DNA of 64,000 nt, from NCBI GenBank assembly GCA_964366325.1, contig CAYITD010000005.1:8267-72266 (forward strand), given 5' to 3'. The notes beneath the pieces are model-generated. The model worked only from the letters and a program-made list of their open reading frames with translations. It was not told the origin of the DNA and did not search any database. Made by a program: the position numbers and the translations under genes. The stretch comes from Candidatus Woesearchaeota archaeon (GTDB taxonomy: Archaea > Nanobdellota > Nanobdellia > Pacearchaeales > GW2011-AR1). Of this stretch, positions 1-8,330 are shown in pieces; positions within the stretch are counted from its first letter, which is position 1; the number at the start of each line of letters is the position of its first letter.

Positions 1-16
1 ATAACCAAGAATAATT

Positions 17-283
17 TTATTGAATTCTGTAAACATCTGATGGTGTAAATCTTCTGTAAGTCATTCCTTGTTCTGTTTCATCTGCCAAATAGATTTTTCC
101 ATCTGTAGTAACTAAATCTGCAATGTTATCCCTATCGATTCTTTGAAAAGATGGTTGAGACATATTTGTCTGTGGATTATAAAAAAGAGGTCCTAAAAAT
201 AGCCCTAATAATATGCCTAATCCCCAAGCTTTATCTGCTTCTATCTGCCTTATTGGTTGGTCTTCATATCTGTTACTTTTCAT
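17..283 (-). CDS. hypothetical small protein with one hydrophobic segment
   Basis: 88-aa ORF with hydrophobic stretch WGLGILLGLFLGPLF; no family motif recognised. Confidence 0.3.
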   Translation of the reverse strand: MKSNRYEDQPIRQIEADKAWGLGILLGLFLGPLFYNPQTNMSQPSFQRIDRDNIADLVTTDGKIYLADETEQGMTYRRFTPSDVYRIQ

Positions 284-441
284 AAAAATCCTACAAATTT
301 TGCCATTAAAAACATTTGCTTTTTAAAAAAAGAGAGCATTAACTTCCTAACCTTTCATTTCAGATAGTTTTAAATACTGGCTTTTTTCTCTTAAATTAGC
401 AAGTCCGTGGACTTGAGTAAAGTAAATGCAGGAGGAATAAA

Positions 442-702
442 GTGAGCACGAAGATATATGTTGGCAATCTGCCTTTTAGTTTTGACAGTAACAGCCTAAA
501 AGACCTTTTTATGGAATTTGGAAGCGTTACAGAAGCAGTTGTCATATCGGATAAATATTCTGGTAGATCAAAGGGATTTGGATTTGTTACATTTGAAAGC
601 AAAGAAGCTGCTGAAAAAGCAGTTGCTGAAATGAACGAAAAAGAAGTCCAAGGCAGAGCTCTTAAAGTGAGCGAAGCTAGACCAATGAATTCTGACAGAT
701 AG
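442..702 (+). CDS. RRM-type RNA-binding protein
   Basis: RNP-2 IYVGNL and RNP-1 KGFGFVTF motifs; GTG start preceded by GGAGG at 431-435. Confidence 0.85.
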   Translation: MSTKIYVGNLPFSFDSNSLKDLFMEFGSVTEAVVISDKYSGRSKGFGFVTFESKEAAEKAVAEMNEKEVQGRALKVSEARPMNSDR

Positions 703-886
703 TTAGATAGATAATAAAAGAAGGATATTTTTATTTTAGTTTTTTACATTATAGTTTTCTAGAGAAAAAGGAAAAAACAACAGCTTTAAAAAGCATCAAA
801 TCTCTTGATTTATAGGAATTTGATTAATTTCGTGTATAGGAATAGCAAGTCTATTTCTGATCGAGTGTTTGAATTTTAAAAATAAA

Positions 887-2302
887 ATGAATGAAGAAAG
901 CTTCAATGAGTTAGGATTGGGAGAAAACCTACTGAAAGTTATAGAAGAAATGAGGTTTACCGAACCTACTGAAATACAGAAGAAGGCCGTTCCTTTGGTT
1001 TTAAAAGATAAAGATGTTATCGGAAATTCTGCCACGGGATCTGGGAAAACTTTGGCGTTTAGTGCAGGTATAATTGAAAATTCTAAAAGAGGCTTGGGTG
1101 TTCAGGCTTTGATTTTGACTCCTACTAGAGAACTTGCAGACCAAGTAGCGCACTCAATAAAACAGTTCGCTAAATATTATAGGCTTAACATTGAAGAGGT
1201 TTATGGAGGGGTTTCCATGGGTCCTCAGATAAGAAAAGTGGAGCACGCGGACATAGTTGTTGGCACTCCTGGAAGAATTTTGGATCATATAGAGAAAAGA
1301 ACACTTAATTTGTCTAAATTGAAAACTCTTGTTTTGGATGAAGCTGATAGAATGGTAGATATGGGTTTTCTTCCTGATGTTGAAAAAATAATAAACTCTT
1401 GTCCAAAAGAAAGACAGACTCTTTTGTTTTCTGCAACTATCTCTCAGGACATAAATTACATTTCTAAAAAATATATGAAAAGCCCTGTTTTTGTTGGTGT
1501 TGAAACTTATGTTGATGCTTCAAAACTTAAACAAATTTATTATGATATTCCTTTAAATCAGAAGTTTTCATTATTGGTTCACTTATTAAAAAAGGAAAGA
1601 CCTGGACTGGTAATGGTATTTTGTAACACAAGAAGAAATGCCGATATTGTAACGAGGAATTTGTTTAGATATGGACTGAAAGCTGTGGCAATTCATGGTG
1701 GTTTGGAGCAAAATAGAAGGAGTAATATCATGAAAGAATTTCATGCTCAAAGCATAGGTATTTTAGTTTGTACGGATGTTGCAGCTCGTGGCCTAGATAT
1801 AAAGAATGTTTCGCACATTTACAATTATGATTTGCCTATGAATAGCGCAGATTATATACATAGAATAGGAAGAACAGCCAGAGCTGGAAAAGAAGGAGAA
1901 GCTATAAGTTTGGTTTCTAATAGAGATTATGAGAACTTTGGAAAAATCAAGATGGATGATTCTTTAAAGATAAATGATGAAAAGCTTCCTGAGTTTGAAC
2001 AACTAACGCCTAACTTTTCTAAAGAAGCTGATGAAAGAAGAGGTTCTGGAGGCGGAGGAAGATTTGGAGGGAATAGAAGTTTTGGTGGAAGATCTGGAGG
2101 AAGTGGTGGTAGATTCGGTGGTGGATCAAGAGGAGGATCTTCAGGACCTAGAAGGTTTGGAGGAAATAGAGAAGGTTCAAGTAGGGGCGGAGGAAGATTT
2201 GGAGGATCAAGAGATGGAGGATCTTCTGGTTCAGGTAGGTTTGGTGGAGAACGAAGGGGTGGAGAAAGAAGAAGTTTTGGTGGAAGAAGATTTTCTAGAT
2301 AG
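887..2302 (+). CDS. DEAD-box ATP-dependent RNA helicase with C-terminal RGG/RFGG repeat tail
   Basis: Q-motif region TEPTEIQ, motif I ATGSGKT, PTRELA, VLDEADRM, SAT, HRIGRTARAG; tail of repeated GGRFGG; start moved to ATG 887 (MNEESFNELGL). Confidence 0.9.
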   Translation: MNEESFNELGLGENLLKVIEEMRFTEPTEIQKKAVPLVLKDKDVIGNSATGSGKTLAFSAGIIENSKRGLGVQALILTPTRELADQVAHSIKQFAKYYRLNIEEVYGGVSMGPQIRKVEHADIVVGTPGRILDHIEKRTLNLSKLKTLVLDEADRMVDMGFLPDVEKIINSCPKERQTLLFSATISQDINYISKKYMKSPVFVGVETYVDASKLKQIYYDIPLNQKFSLLVHLLKKERPGLVMVFCNTRRNADIVTRNLFRYGLKAVAIHGGLEQNRRSNIMKEFHAQSIGILVCTDVAARGLDIKNVSHIYNYDLPMNSADYIHRIGRTARAGKEGEAISLVSNRDYENFGKIKMDDSLKINDEKLPEFEQLTPNFSKEADERRGSGGGGRFGGNRSFGGRSGGSGGRFGGGSRGGSSGPRRFGGNREGSSRGGGRFGGSRDGGSSGSGRFGGERRGGERRSFGGRRFSR

Positions 2303-2314
2303 ATAATTACATAA

Positions 2315-2692
2315 TCATAGTTTACTAATGAAAGGATTGTACGCTCTTTTTCTTTCTTTATCAATTTCACTTTGTAATCTTGCTACCTCTTGCCTGTAAG
2401 TCTTGCCTTCATCAAAAGACACACTATCTATAACTTTTAGATTGACGTCTCTTTCAGCTTTTAACTTAATAACATTATTATAATGATATCCAAAATTAGA
2501 GCCATATAAAATTCCAAGAGATAAACCAGAAAAACCAAATAATATCACTCCTGAAATTAACATTTTCCTAAAACGCCCTTCTATTCTATCAAGAGACTGT
2601 TCATATTCTCTGTGATCTTGAAAGGCTCTATCAAGTGCGGTTTCTACTTCTCTACTTAAAACTTCAACGCCAACAGAGGAAACACCCATCAA
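2315..2692 (-). CDS. hypothetical membrane protein
   Basis: 125-aa ORF with one TM-like segment ISGVILFGFSGLSLGILYG. Confidence 0.35.
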   Translation of the reverse strand: MMGVSSVGVEVLSREVETALDRAFQDHREYEQSLDRIEGRFRKMLISGVILFGFSGLSLGILYGSNFGYHYNNVIKLKAERDVNLKVIDSVSFDEGKTYRQEVARLQSEIDKERKRAYNPFISKL

Positions 2693-2756
2693 GAAAATAT
2701 TAGCCTAATGTATTTATGCTTTTCTGCACTATAATATCAGCAACTTGACATAAGTT

Positions 2757-2818
2757 AAAAAATAAAAATCCCAATCACAGCTTGCTGTGCGGTATTAACT
2801 CAGTTCGATCAATAAATT
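2757..2818 (+). repeat. intergenic hairpin repeat family, short form (copy A)
   Basis: A-tract, hairpin CACAG-CTTG-CTGTG (2776-2789), then GGTATTAACTCAGTTCGATCAATAAA shared with copies at 6.6, 43.2 and 46.3 kb. Confidence 0.7.
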
Positions 2819-2827
2819 AGATGAGTT

Positions 2828-3046
2828 TTATCCTTCTATACCTAATCTTATGATTGGCACACAGCCTTCAAAGATATCAGACAACATTTGATTTATGTTC
2901 CAAGACCATTGTGGCCAAGCAAGAGTACAGCCTGGATCAATTGAGCCAGGATTTCCTGAACCATCGCCGTTAGAACCGGCGAATACGCTTGAGATTGAAA
3001 CGCTCAGCATTAAAACCAATGCCACCAATAAAAATAACTTTTTCAT
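2828..3046 (-). CDS. small secreted protein (signal peptide)
   Basis: MKKLFLLVALVLMLSVSISSVFA signal-like N-terminus; 72 aa. Confidence 0.45.
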   Translation of the reverse strand: MKKLFLLVALVLMLSVSISSVFAGSNGDGSGNPGSIDPGCTLAWPQWSWNINQMLSDIFEGCVPIIRLGIEG

Positions 3047-3131
3047 TTTACCTCCTGTAAAATTTAGTTACTTTGAGCAGGTTTTTATTATATTTATACT
3101 TTTATGTGTTCTATTCTTCACAGCTTTTTAT

Positions 3132-3482
3132 CTAAGAATTGTATAAGCGCCTTGTTTGTTCTAAATTACGCAAAGCGTACTGTGAATGTTCTTTTTCTTC
3201 CCTAGGAAGAAAGCACCTAGCTATTTTTCTACTGTCATGACCTATATCTAAAAATCCTATGCTTGCTCCTCTTGCTAAGTCGCTTGGACTTAAACTTTTT
3301 TTATCAACATCAATTATCGTACCATCTCTTATAATGTATGTGAAACTTAAGCTTCCTGTAAGTCCACCTCTATGAGTTACGTATTGATCTAAGTTTAGGC
3401 CTTTTAAAAATCTTAAATTTTGCTCTGCTACTGTTTCACCAGTCCTGCTATCTACTTCTTCTAAATCTGTCTCTAAACGCAT
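3132..3482 (-). CDS. hypothetical protein (orphan)
   Basis: 116-aa ORF; TATA-like CTTATAAG about 25 nt upstream of ATG; no motif recognised. Confidence 0.4.
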   Translation of the reverse strand: MRLETDLEEVDSRTGETVAEQNLRFLKGLNLDQYVTHRGGLTGSLSFTYIIRDGTIIDVDKKSLSPSDLARGASIGFLDIGHDSRKIARCFLPREEKEHSQYALRNLEQTRRLYNS

Positions 3483-3576
3483 AAAAATAGGGATATTTTA
3501 GTACTTATAAGTCTTATCTTTTATCTTAGAAGTATAGCACAATAAAACTTTTAACTTGTTAAAAAAGCTCAAACTT

Positions 3577-4491
3577 ATGAAACAGAGAACGGTAGGAAGA
3601 AGCCTTGAATATACTGGAATTGAATTTTATGGCGGTTGTGAAGTAAGAGTTCTTATAGAGCCTGCTGAGGAAGATAGTAGAATTGTTTTTGAAAGCAATA
3701 AAGGTTCTGTTCGAGCTGATATTAACTTAGCTAGACAATCGAAAAGCTCTATCATGTTGGAAGATGGAAAAACAAGAGTGATTCATGTTGAACATATTTT
3801 AGCTACATTATACGCCTATGGTATTGATAACGCTCGTGTAAGATTGGAAAGAATTCCTAGTGGAAGTTATAGTTTATTAGATAAACTAGGCATTGCTACT
3901 GACATTGCTGTTGTTCCAGTTTCACAAGATCGAGAACTAACTCTTTGCAAAAAACTTGACGAAGCTGGGTACGAAGAACAAGGAAAAGAGAGAAAATCGT
4001 TATATCTCCAAGAACCAATTATTTCAGAAAAATTATCTTTTGAAAAAATAGAAAGGGGTTTGATAATTTCTGCAAAAACTGATTATCCTATTCCTGGAGA
4101 ACAGAAAGTTGAATTTGAAATAAATTCTCAAAATTACAGAGATGAATTGGCAAGATCAAGAATGTATGTAAAACACTTACCTAGGGGAATCCCTAAAAAA
4201 ATTGGAAGTTTTCTTGCATGCTTTGCTTATCCTCAATTTGGAATTGGCCATGGTTTTACCCCTGAAACTGTTTTTCTTCCAGTAAAAAATGCAAAAGAAT
4301 GGACAAGACAAGAACTCATGTTTGCTGAAATTGCTAGACATAGTATAGTTGACCGTCTAGGGGCAATTGCCCTATTACCTGGAAGACTAGAAGGAGTTAA
4401 AGTTTCTGCCTATAGGAGTGGACATCAAAATGATATAAATTTCTTAAGAGATTATGTCGCGCCTAAACTTATAAATACTTATTCAAGTTAG
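3577..4491 (+). CDS. LpxC-like UDP-3-O-acyl-GlcNAc deacetylase family protein
   Basis: N-terminus MKQRTVGRS.. parallels E. coli LpxC MIKQRTLKR; HVEHILATLYAYGIDN (E-H pair), RHSIVDRLG (H-x3-D), YRSGHQ; start set to ATG 3577. Confidence 0.75.
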   Translation: MKQRTVGRSLEYTGIEFYGGCEVRVLIEPAEEDSRIVFESNKGSVRADINLARQSKSSIMLEDGKTRVIHVEHILATLYAYGIDNARVRLERIPSGSYSLLDKLGIATDIAVVPVSQDRELTLCKKLDEAGYEEQGKERKSLYLQEPIISEKLSFEKIERGLIISAKTDYPIPGEQKVEFEINSQNYRDELARSRMYVKHLPRGIPKKIGSFLACFAYPQFGIGHGFTPETVFLPVKNAKEWTRQELMFAEIARHSIVDRLGAIALLPGRLEGVKVSAYRSGHQNDINFLRDYVAPKLINTYSS

Positions 4492-4522
4492 CATCTATTA
4501 ATGGAGTGATTAAAGGTTCTGA

Positions 4523-5347
4523 TTACCTTAGAATCTCTCTGTATTCTTGGACTACATCGAATGAGAACTTATTAACGCCTTCAACTGTCTTTTCGTGTTT
4601 TAAGGAATCTAGGATAACTGATAATGGAGCTGTAACGATGTCAGCGCCTACTAAAGCACACTCCCTAAATTGTCTTGCGTTTCTTATGCTGGCTGCTAAG
4701 ACTTGAGTTTTTATTTCGTATTTTTTGAATATTTGCACAATTTTAGAGACTAGATTAACTCCTGAAATTATTCCGTTATCTTCTAAACTTTTCCCTTTCA
4801 CTTTTGTTGGTTCAAAACCAGAAAAGTAATCTGTTTTCTGAAACTTCATTTTTGCTTTTTCTCTTAACATATCATCAATTCTTCCAGCGAAAGGGCTAAC
4901 TATTGCGGCTCCTGCTTTTGCAGCCATTAATGCCTGTTCTGGCGTAAAAATTAGTGTACAGTTTACTGGGATCCCTTCTCTTGAAAAATAGTTTATCGCT
5001 TTTAATCCTTCAAAGTCATTTTCTCCTCTTGAGGTGGCTGTGTTTATAGGTATTTTAATAAAAACATTTTTTGCCACTCTATTGAATTTTTTATATAAAA
5101 CCAGACCTTCTTTAATCATCTGTTCATAATTTGTTGAAGCAACTTCCAAGCTAACTGATTTTCCTTTTCCAACGGTTTCTAATATCTTGGATATGTAAAG
5201 AAACATATCAATTTTATTCCCATTAAAATTTTGTTCCTCTACTGCTGATTTAATCAAAGAAGGATTTGTTGTAACTCCATCTAATATTCCAATTTTAGAA
5301 AGAAAAATTATTTCTTCGATCTTTGCACTGTCAATAAATATTTTCAT
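4523..5347 (-). CDS. tal: transaldolase / fructose-6-phosphate aldolase family (long variant)
   Basis: MKIFIDSA..GVTTNPSLI, Schiff-base region FIKIP, VNCTLIFTPEQALMAAKAGAAIVSPFAGRIDD. Confidence 0.85.
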   Translation of the reverse strand: MKIFIDSAKIEEIIFLSKIGILDGVTTNPSLIKSAVEEQNFNGNKIDMFLYISKILETVGKGKSVSLEVASTNYEQMIKEGLVLYKKFNRVAKNVFIKIPINTATSRGENDFEGLKAINYFSREGIPVNCTLIFTPEQALMAAKAGAAIVSPFAGRIDDMLREKAKMKFQKTDYFSGFEPTKVKGKSLEDNGIISGVNLVSKIVQIFKKYEIKTQVLAASIRNARQFRECALVGADIVTAPLSVILDSLKHEKTVEGVNKFSFDVVQEYREILR

Positions 5348-5434
5348 CTTGCCTCTTTTATATTTTATTAGAGCAAATGAATTATTTAAATCTGTTGAGT
5401 TCGCAAAATTTAAATTTTTATATATTTTACAAAA

Positions 5435-6235
5435 TTATTTTTTATCTTCTAGAATTTTGTAAACTGAAACTCGGTCTGGATACCAAATAAGAAACTCAAA
5501 ATCTCCTTGTTCATTCATCCTTGATAGTGGCATGCCTAAATGCCCAGATTTTACACGCCCTACAACCAAAGGGTTGTCTGGATCAAAGGTATTATCCTTA
5601 TGATTTAGAATATAATTTTGGTAGAGTGTTAGATAATCTTGATCTAGGTCTATACGTCCTGTTGAATTAGAGTAAAATACAATCTCGGCTGGATTTTCAC
5701 CTTTATCAACTATAGGCAGAGAGCCATATTCTTTAAAACTTGCTTTTCCAACTTCTACTAAATTAAAACTTGGGCTTCTAATTAGTTTATGCCATTTGGT
5801 TGGATGTCTTGTTTTATATTTTTCATCTCTTGTTTCATAAACTTGGCTAACCTTATTTTCCTTATGATTCCCTTTTTGGATATCGCTAAAAATACCTAAT
5901 GACCCAGCACCTATTAATATAAGTGCAATTAGACCTCCCAATAATCCTGAACCTTCTGAACTCCCAGCAGAACTACTAGATGAGAAAGTTATAGGGGAAC
6001 TTGAATCTTCACTATCATCGCTGGTTGATTGTCTAGAACTTTCGTTTTTTGTTTGCCTGTGATTTTCACCATAAGTATATCCTTTATCAAATAGAACATC
6101 ATAGTCTGTCATAAGAGATTTAATCTGAATGTCCTGAGCAATGTCTCTTCCAAAATTTCCTTCTAAGCCGGCCTTAACACCTGCCTCATAAATTTCATCA
6201 TTTCTTGTTTTTACCATTTTGATTATCCTACTCAA
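5435..6235 (-). CDS. hypothetical single-pass membrane protein with Ser-rich linker
   Basis: 266-aa ORF; SSSSSAGSSEGS linker followed by TM LLGGLIALILIGAGSLGIF. Confidence 0.4.
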   Translation of the reverse strand: MSRIIKMVKTRNDEIYEAGVKAGLEGNFGRDIAQDIQIKSLMTDYDVLFDKGYTYGENHRQTKNESSRQSTSDDSEDSSSPITFSSSSSAGSSEGSGLLGGLIALILIGAGSLGIFSDIQKGNHKENKVSQVYETRDEKYKTRHPTKWHKLIRSPSFNLVEVGKASFKEYGSLPIVDKGENPAEIVFYSNSTGRIDLDQDYLTLYQNYILNHKDNTFDPDNPLVVGRVKSGHLGMPLSRMNEQGDFEFLIWYPDRVSVYKILEDKK

Positions 6236-6365
6236 ACCTTTACAATTTGAATCCTACTTATCTGAACGCTGACGACAATACACGTGAAACTTGGTTTCCC
6301 GGCAACTTCCATTCTCACGAATGAAAGTGATTCTAACCTTACAGGTGAATCCTGTAAAACATGAA

Positions 6366-6448
6366 CGCCAAGGACAGGATTCGAACCTGTGCTCCCAGAG
6401 GGAATCGGTTTTCAAGACCGACGCTTTGGACCACTCAGCCACCTTGGC
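6366..6448 (-). tRNA. tRNA-Ser (UGA anticodon), long variable arm
   Basis: Minus-strand GCCAAGG..CCTTGGC acceptor, anticodon loop CTTGAAA, long variable arm, T-arm ACAGGTTCGAATCCTGT; TATA-like CTTTATAAG about 25-30 nt upstream. Confidence 0.9.
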
Positions 6449-6546
6449 ATATGGAACAAAATTAATAATGACTTATAAAGCTTTAGAATTTGCTATTTTA
6501 CTGACTGTTTGTTCTATTAATAAGATTACAAAAGTCTTTAGGGATT

Positions 6547-6795
6547 AAAAATAAAAATCCTAAACACAGCAAGCTGTGGGGCATTTTTAAGCCTCAAACT
6601 GAGACTGTCGAAACAAGCTGCAGAGTGTTAAACTCAGTTCGAACAATAAAGAAATTTCCTAAACCTTCGCTATCCCCACAGCAAGCTGATGGAGTATTAC
6701 GCTCGGTTTCTAGATGGAAATTTCTAATTGCCAAATTGACGGCACAGCTCTGCTGTGGTGTATTGAACCCAATTTGACAATAAAAAAATAAATTT
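6547..6795 (+). repeat. intergenic hairpin repeat family, composite four-module copy (copy B)
   Basis: Four hairpin+tail modules; 25-nt core ATTTTTAAGCCTCAAACTGAGACTG at 6583-6607; collinear with copies D/E (first half) and copy F (second half). Confidence 0.75.
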
Positions 6796-7078
6796 ATCCG
6801 AAAAGAGCACTAAGACCTGCCGCGCTTTCACTTGGCTTTTCTTCTTCTTTCTTCTCAACTTTCTTTGCGTCTGCTGGAGCAGCTGCAGGAGCTGAAGCCA
6901 TGATACTTGCGTTTTCAAGTTCTTTAGAGATATCAACACCGTGTAGACTTGCTACTAAAACTTTTATTTTAGATTCGTCTGGATGTGTTCCTGTTGCTGA
7001 GATAACTTTCTTTAGGCTGTCTTCATTTACAGGATGCCCTAACTTATGCAAAAGCAAAGCTGCGTATATATATTCCAT
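6794..7078 (-). CDS. rpl12: 50S ribosomal stalk protein P1 (L12)
   Basis: [11 protein letters not shown].. N-domain, Ala/Pro/Lys/Glu hinge, conserved tail AAGLSALFG. Confidence 0.95.
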   Translation of the reverse strand: MEYIYAALLLHKLGHPVNEDSLKKVISATGTHPDESKIKVLVASLHGVDISKELENASIMASAPAAAPADAKKVEKKEEEKPSESAAGLSALFG

Positions 7079-7546
7079 TTATTTTGTCCTCCTTTCATCG
7101 TAATGGTGAACATAAAAGCGATTTGATAAAGCCTGACCTGTAGATGATGTTGCGTCCAATAGTTCAACCATTAGATGCGGGACAACTTGTAACCCTCTAT
7201 CTACTCTTAAACCTTGGGTTCTAAGCGTTGATTTAATTGCCTCATATCCACCACATAGCGTTCTATAAAATCTGTCCAACTCTCTTCGTGCTTGAAATAA
7301 GTCTCCTTTATCTGCTTGGCGTTGAATACTTTCAACTTGTCTGCTGAAATAGTCCATGTCCACACCAATTGCACTAAAATCTATTGCTAATCCAAGGTCT
7401 ATCATTTCACCCATTTGTTTTGGACTCAACTCATTGAAATGTCCATCCCTTATGTTTCTATCTAACGCTCTACTTCTTAATTCTAAAGTTTCTTCATCTA
7501 AATCTTGTTCTTCAACTTGAAGCATTTTCACTTCCTCCAGAGGCAT
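7079..7546 (-). CDS. hypothetical protein embedded in the stalk operon
   Basis: 155-aa ORF; its start overlaps the P0 3' end by 35 nt and its TAA abuts the P1 ATG (TAAATG); no motif recognised. Confidence 0.5.
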   Translation of the reverse strand: MPLEEVKMLQVEEQDLDEETLELRSRALDRNIRDGHFNELSPKQMGEMIDLGLAIDFSAIGVDMDYFSRQVESIQRQADKGDLFQARRELDRFYRTLCGGYEAIKSTLRTQGLRVDRGLQVVPHLMVELLDATSSTGQALSNRFYVHHYDERRTK

Positions 7547-8330
7547 TTATTTTACTCTCCAAGACCTTCTCATGCATCGATGCTTTGGAAATTAAAAATG
7601 AGATTGTTTCTTTTGTTGCATAACCTAGATGTATTGCGAAACCGAGAGATTTTGAAATTGAGTGTTTAAGTTCATCAAATACTCCTTTCTTATCTATCTT
7701 TATTTCTTCATAAACCATGTCAGATTTTGAATCGTAGGAAAATAATGGAATGAAACCGACTTTCATAGGATTTATTTTTAATTTACTCATGACGCTTGCT
7801 ACGTTCTCTTTTATTGCTTCACCTTTCTTTACTATAGTTGCACCAATTTTAACAGCTAATTTCCCTCCTTCAACCGCTACTTTCAAACCAACAGAGGATA
7901 ATTCTGAAATTGCTGGACCTGGAATCAACTCTGTAGGGCCAGATTCAACATTGATATCTTCAGGAGCAATATCTCCTGCTTTAGCTTTTGTAGAACTTTG
8001 ACTTTCCGTAAGCAATGCAGATAATTCGAAAGTGTCTATATCTGAGAATATTAAAGCGCAATCTGATTTAACTTTTTCCTTGAATTGCTGCAACATGCCT
8101 TTCTCTGATAAAGTTATTGCTCTTAAAAGAATTGATTTTTTAATTACCATAATATCAGCACGACCTCTTAAATCACTCTTAATTTTTTGAAACTGTGAAG
8201 CTGGAAGACCTTTTGTTGAAGCCACTAAAATAGTTCTGCTATGTTTTAACTTTTTTAATATTTCATCTACCTGCGCCTTTTTAAATTCTGGAACGGGCTT
8301 TATTCTTTCTTTTGGAGATTGTTTTTTCAT
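7512..8330 (-). CDS. rpl10: 50S ribosomal stalk protein P0 (L10), short form without C-terminal tail
   Basis: PEFKKAQVDEILKKL..ILVASTKGLPASQFQKIKSDLR typical P0 N-domain; ends ..INASGGSENASS. Confidence 0.9.
   Translation of the reverse strand: MKKQSPKERIKPVPEFKKAQVDEILKKLKHSRTILVASTKGLPASQFQKIKSDLRGRADIMVIKKSILLRAITLSEKGMLQQFKEKVKSDCALIFSDIDTFELSALLTESQSSTKAKAGDIAPEDINVESGPTELIPGPAISELSSVGLKVAVEGGKLAVKIGATIVKKGEAIKENVASVMSKLKINPMKVGFIPLFSYDSKSDMVYEEIKIDKKGVFDELKHSISKSLGFAIHLGYATKETISFLISKASMHEKVLESKINASGGSENASS

Noticed and set aside
1927-2370. ORFs 1927..2370(-) and 2031..2306(+), rich in Pro/Leu or Glu/Leu/Val
   Set aside because: They are alternative-frame and antisense readings of the RGG/RFGG repeat tail of the DEAD-box helicase. 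Low-complexity GGA/AGA repeats keep all frames open.
6254-6548. ORFs 6254..6442(-) and 6291..6548(+)
   Set aside because: They overlap tRNA-Ser and its flanks, and the peptides have no protein-like features. The 110-nt stretch 6254-6365 has small hairpins (ACAGG-TGAAT-CCTGT, CATTC-TCAC-GAATG), but I could not fit it to any RNA family, so it is left unannotated.
6676-6742. Repeat modules as C/D-box sRNAs (CTGATGG ... TAGATGG ... TTGA in copy B; CTGA in the 25-nt core)
   Set aside because: The box-like strings are not conserved in the collinear copy F (GTTGTTGG instead of CTGATGG), and box spacing does not fit the 12-nt guide architecture.
6547-6795. The intergenic repeat arrays as a CRISPR array
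   Set aside because: The units are not identical direct repeats separated by unique spacers. Spacing is irregular (about 48-67 nt), the conserved parts include the would-be spacers, and no cas genes are present.
7079-7546. The 155-aa ORF as a frameshifted C-terminal part of P0
   Set aside because: Its sequence has no Ala/Glu hinge or GLxxLF tail and no resemblance to P0 spine helices. It ends ..HHYDERRTK.
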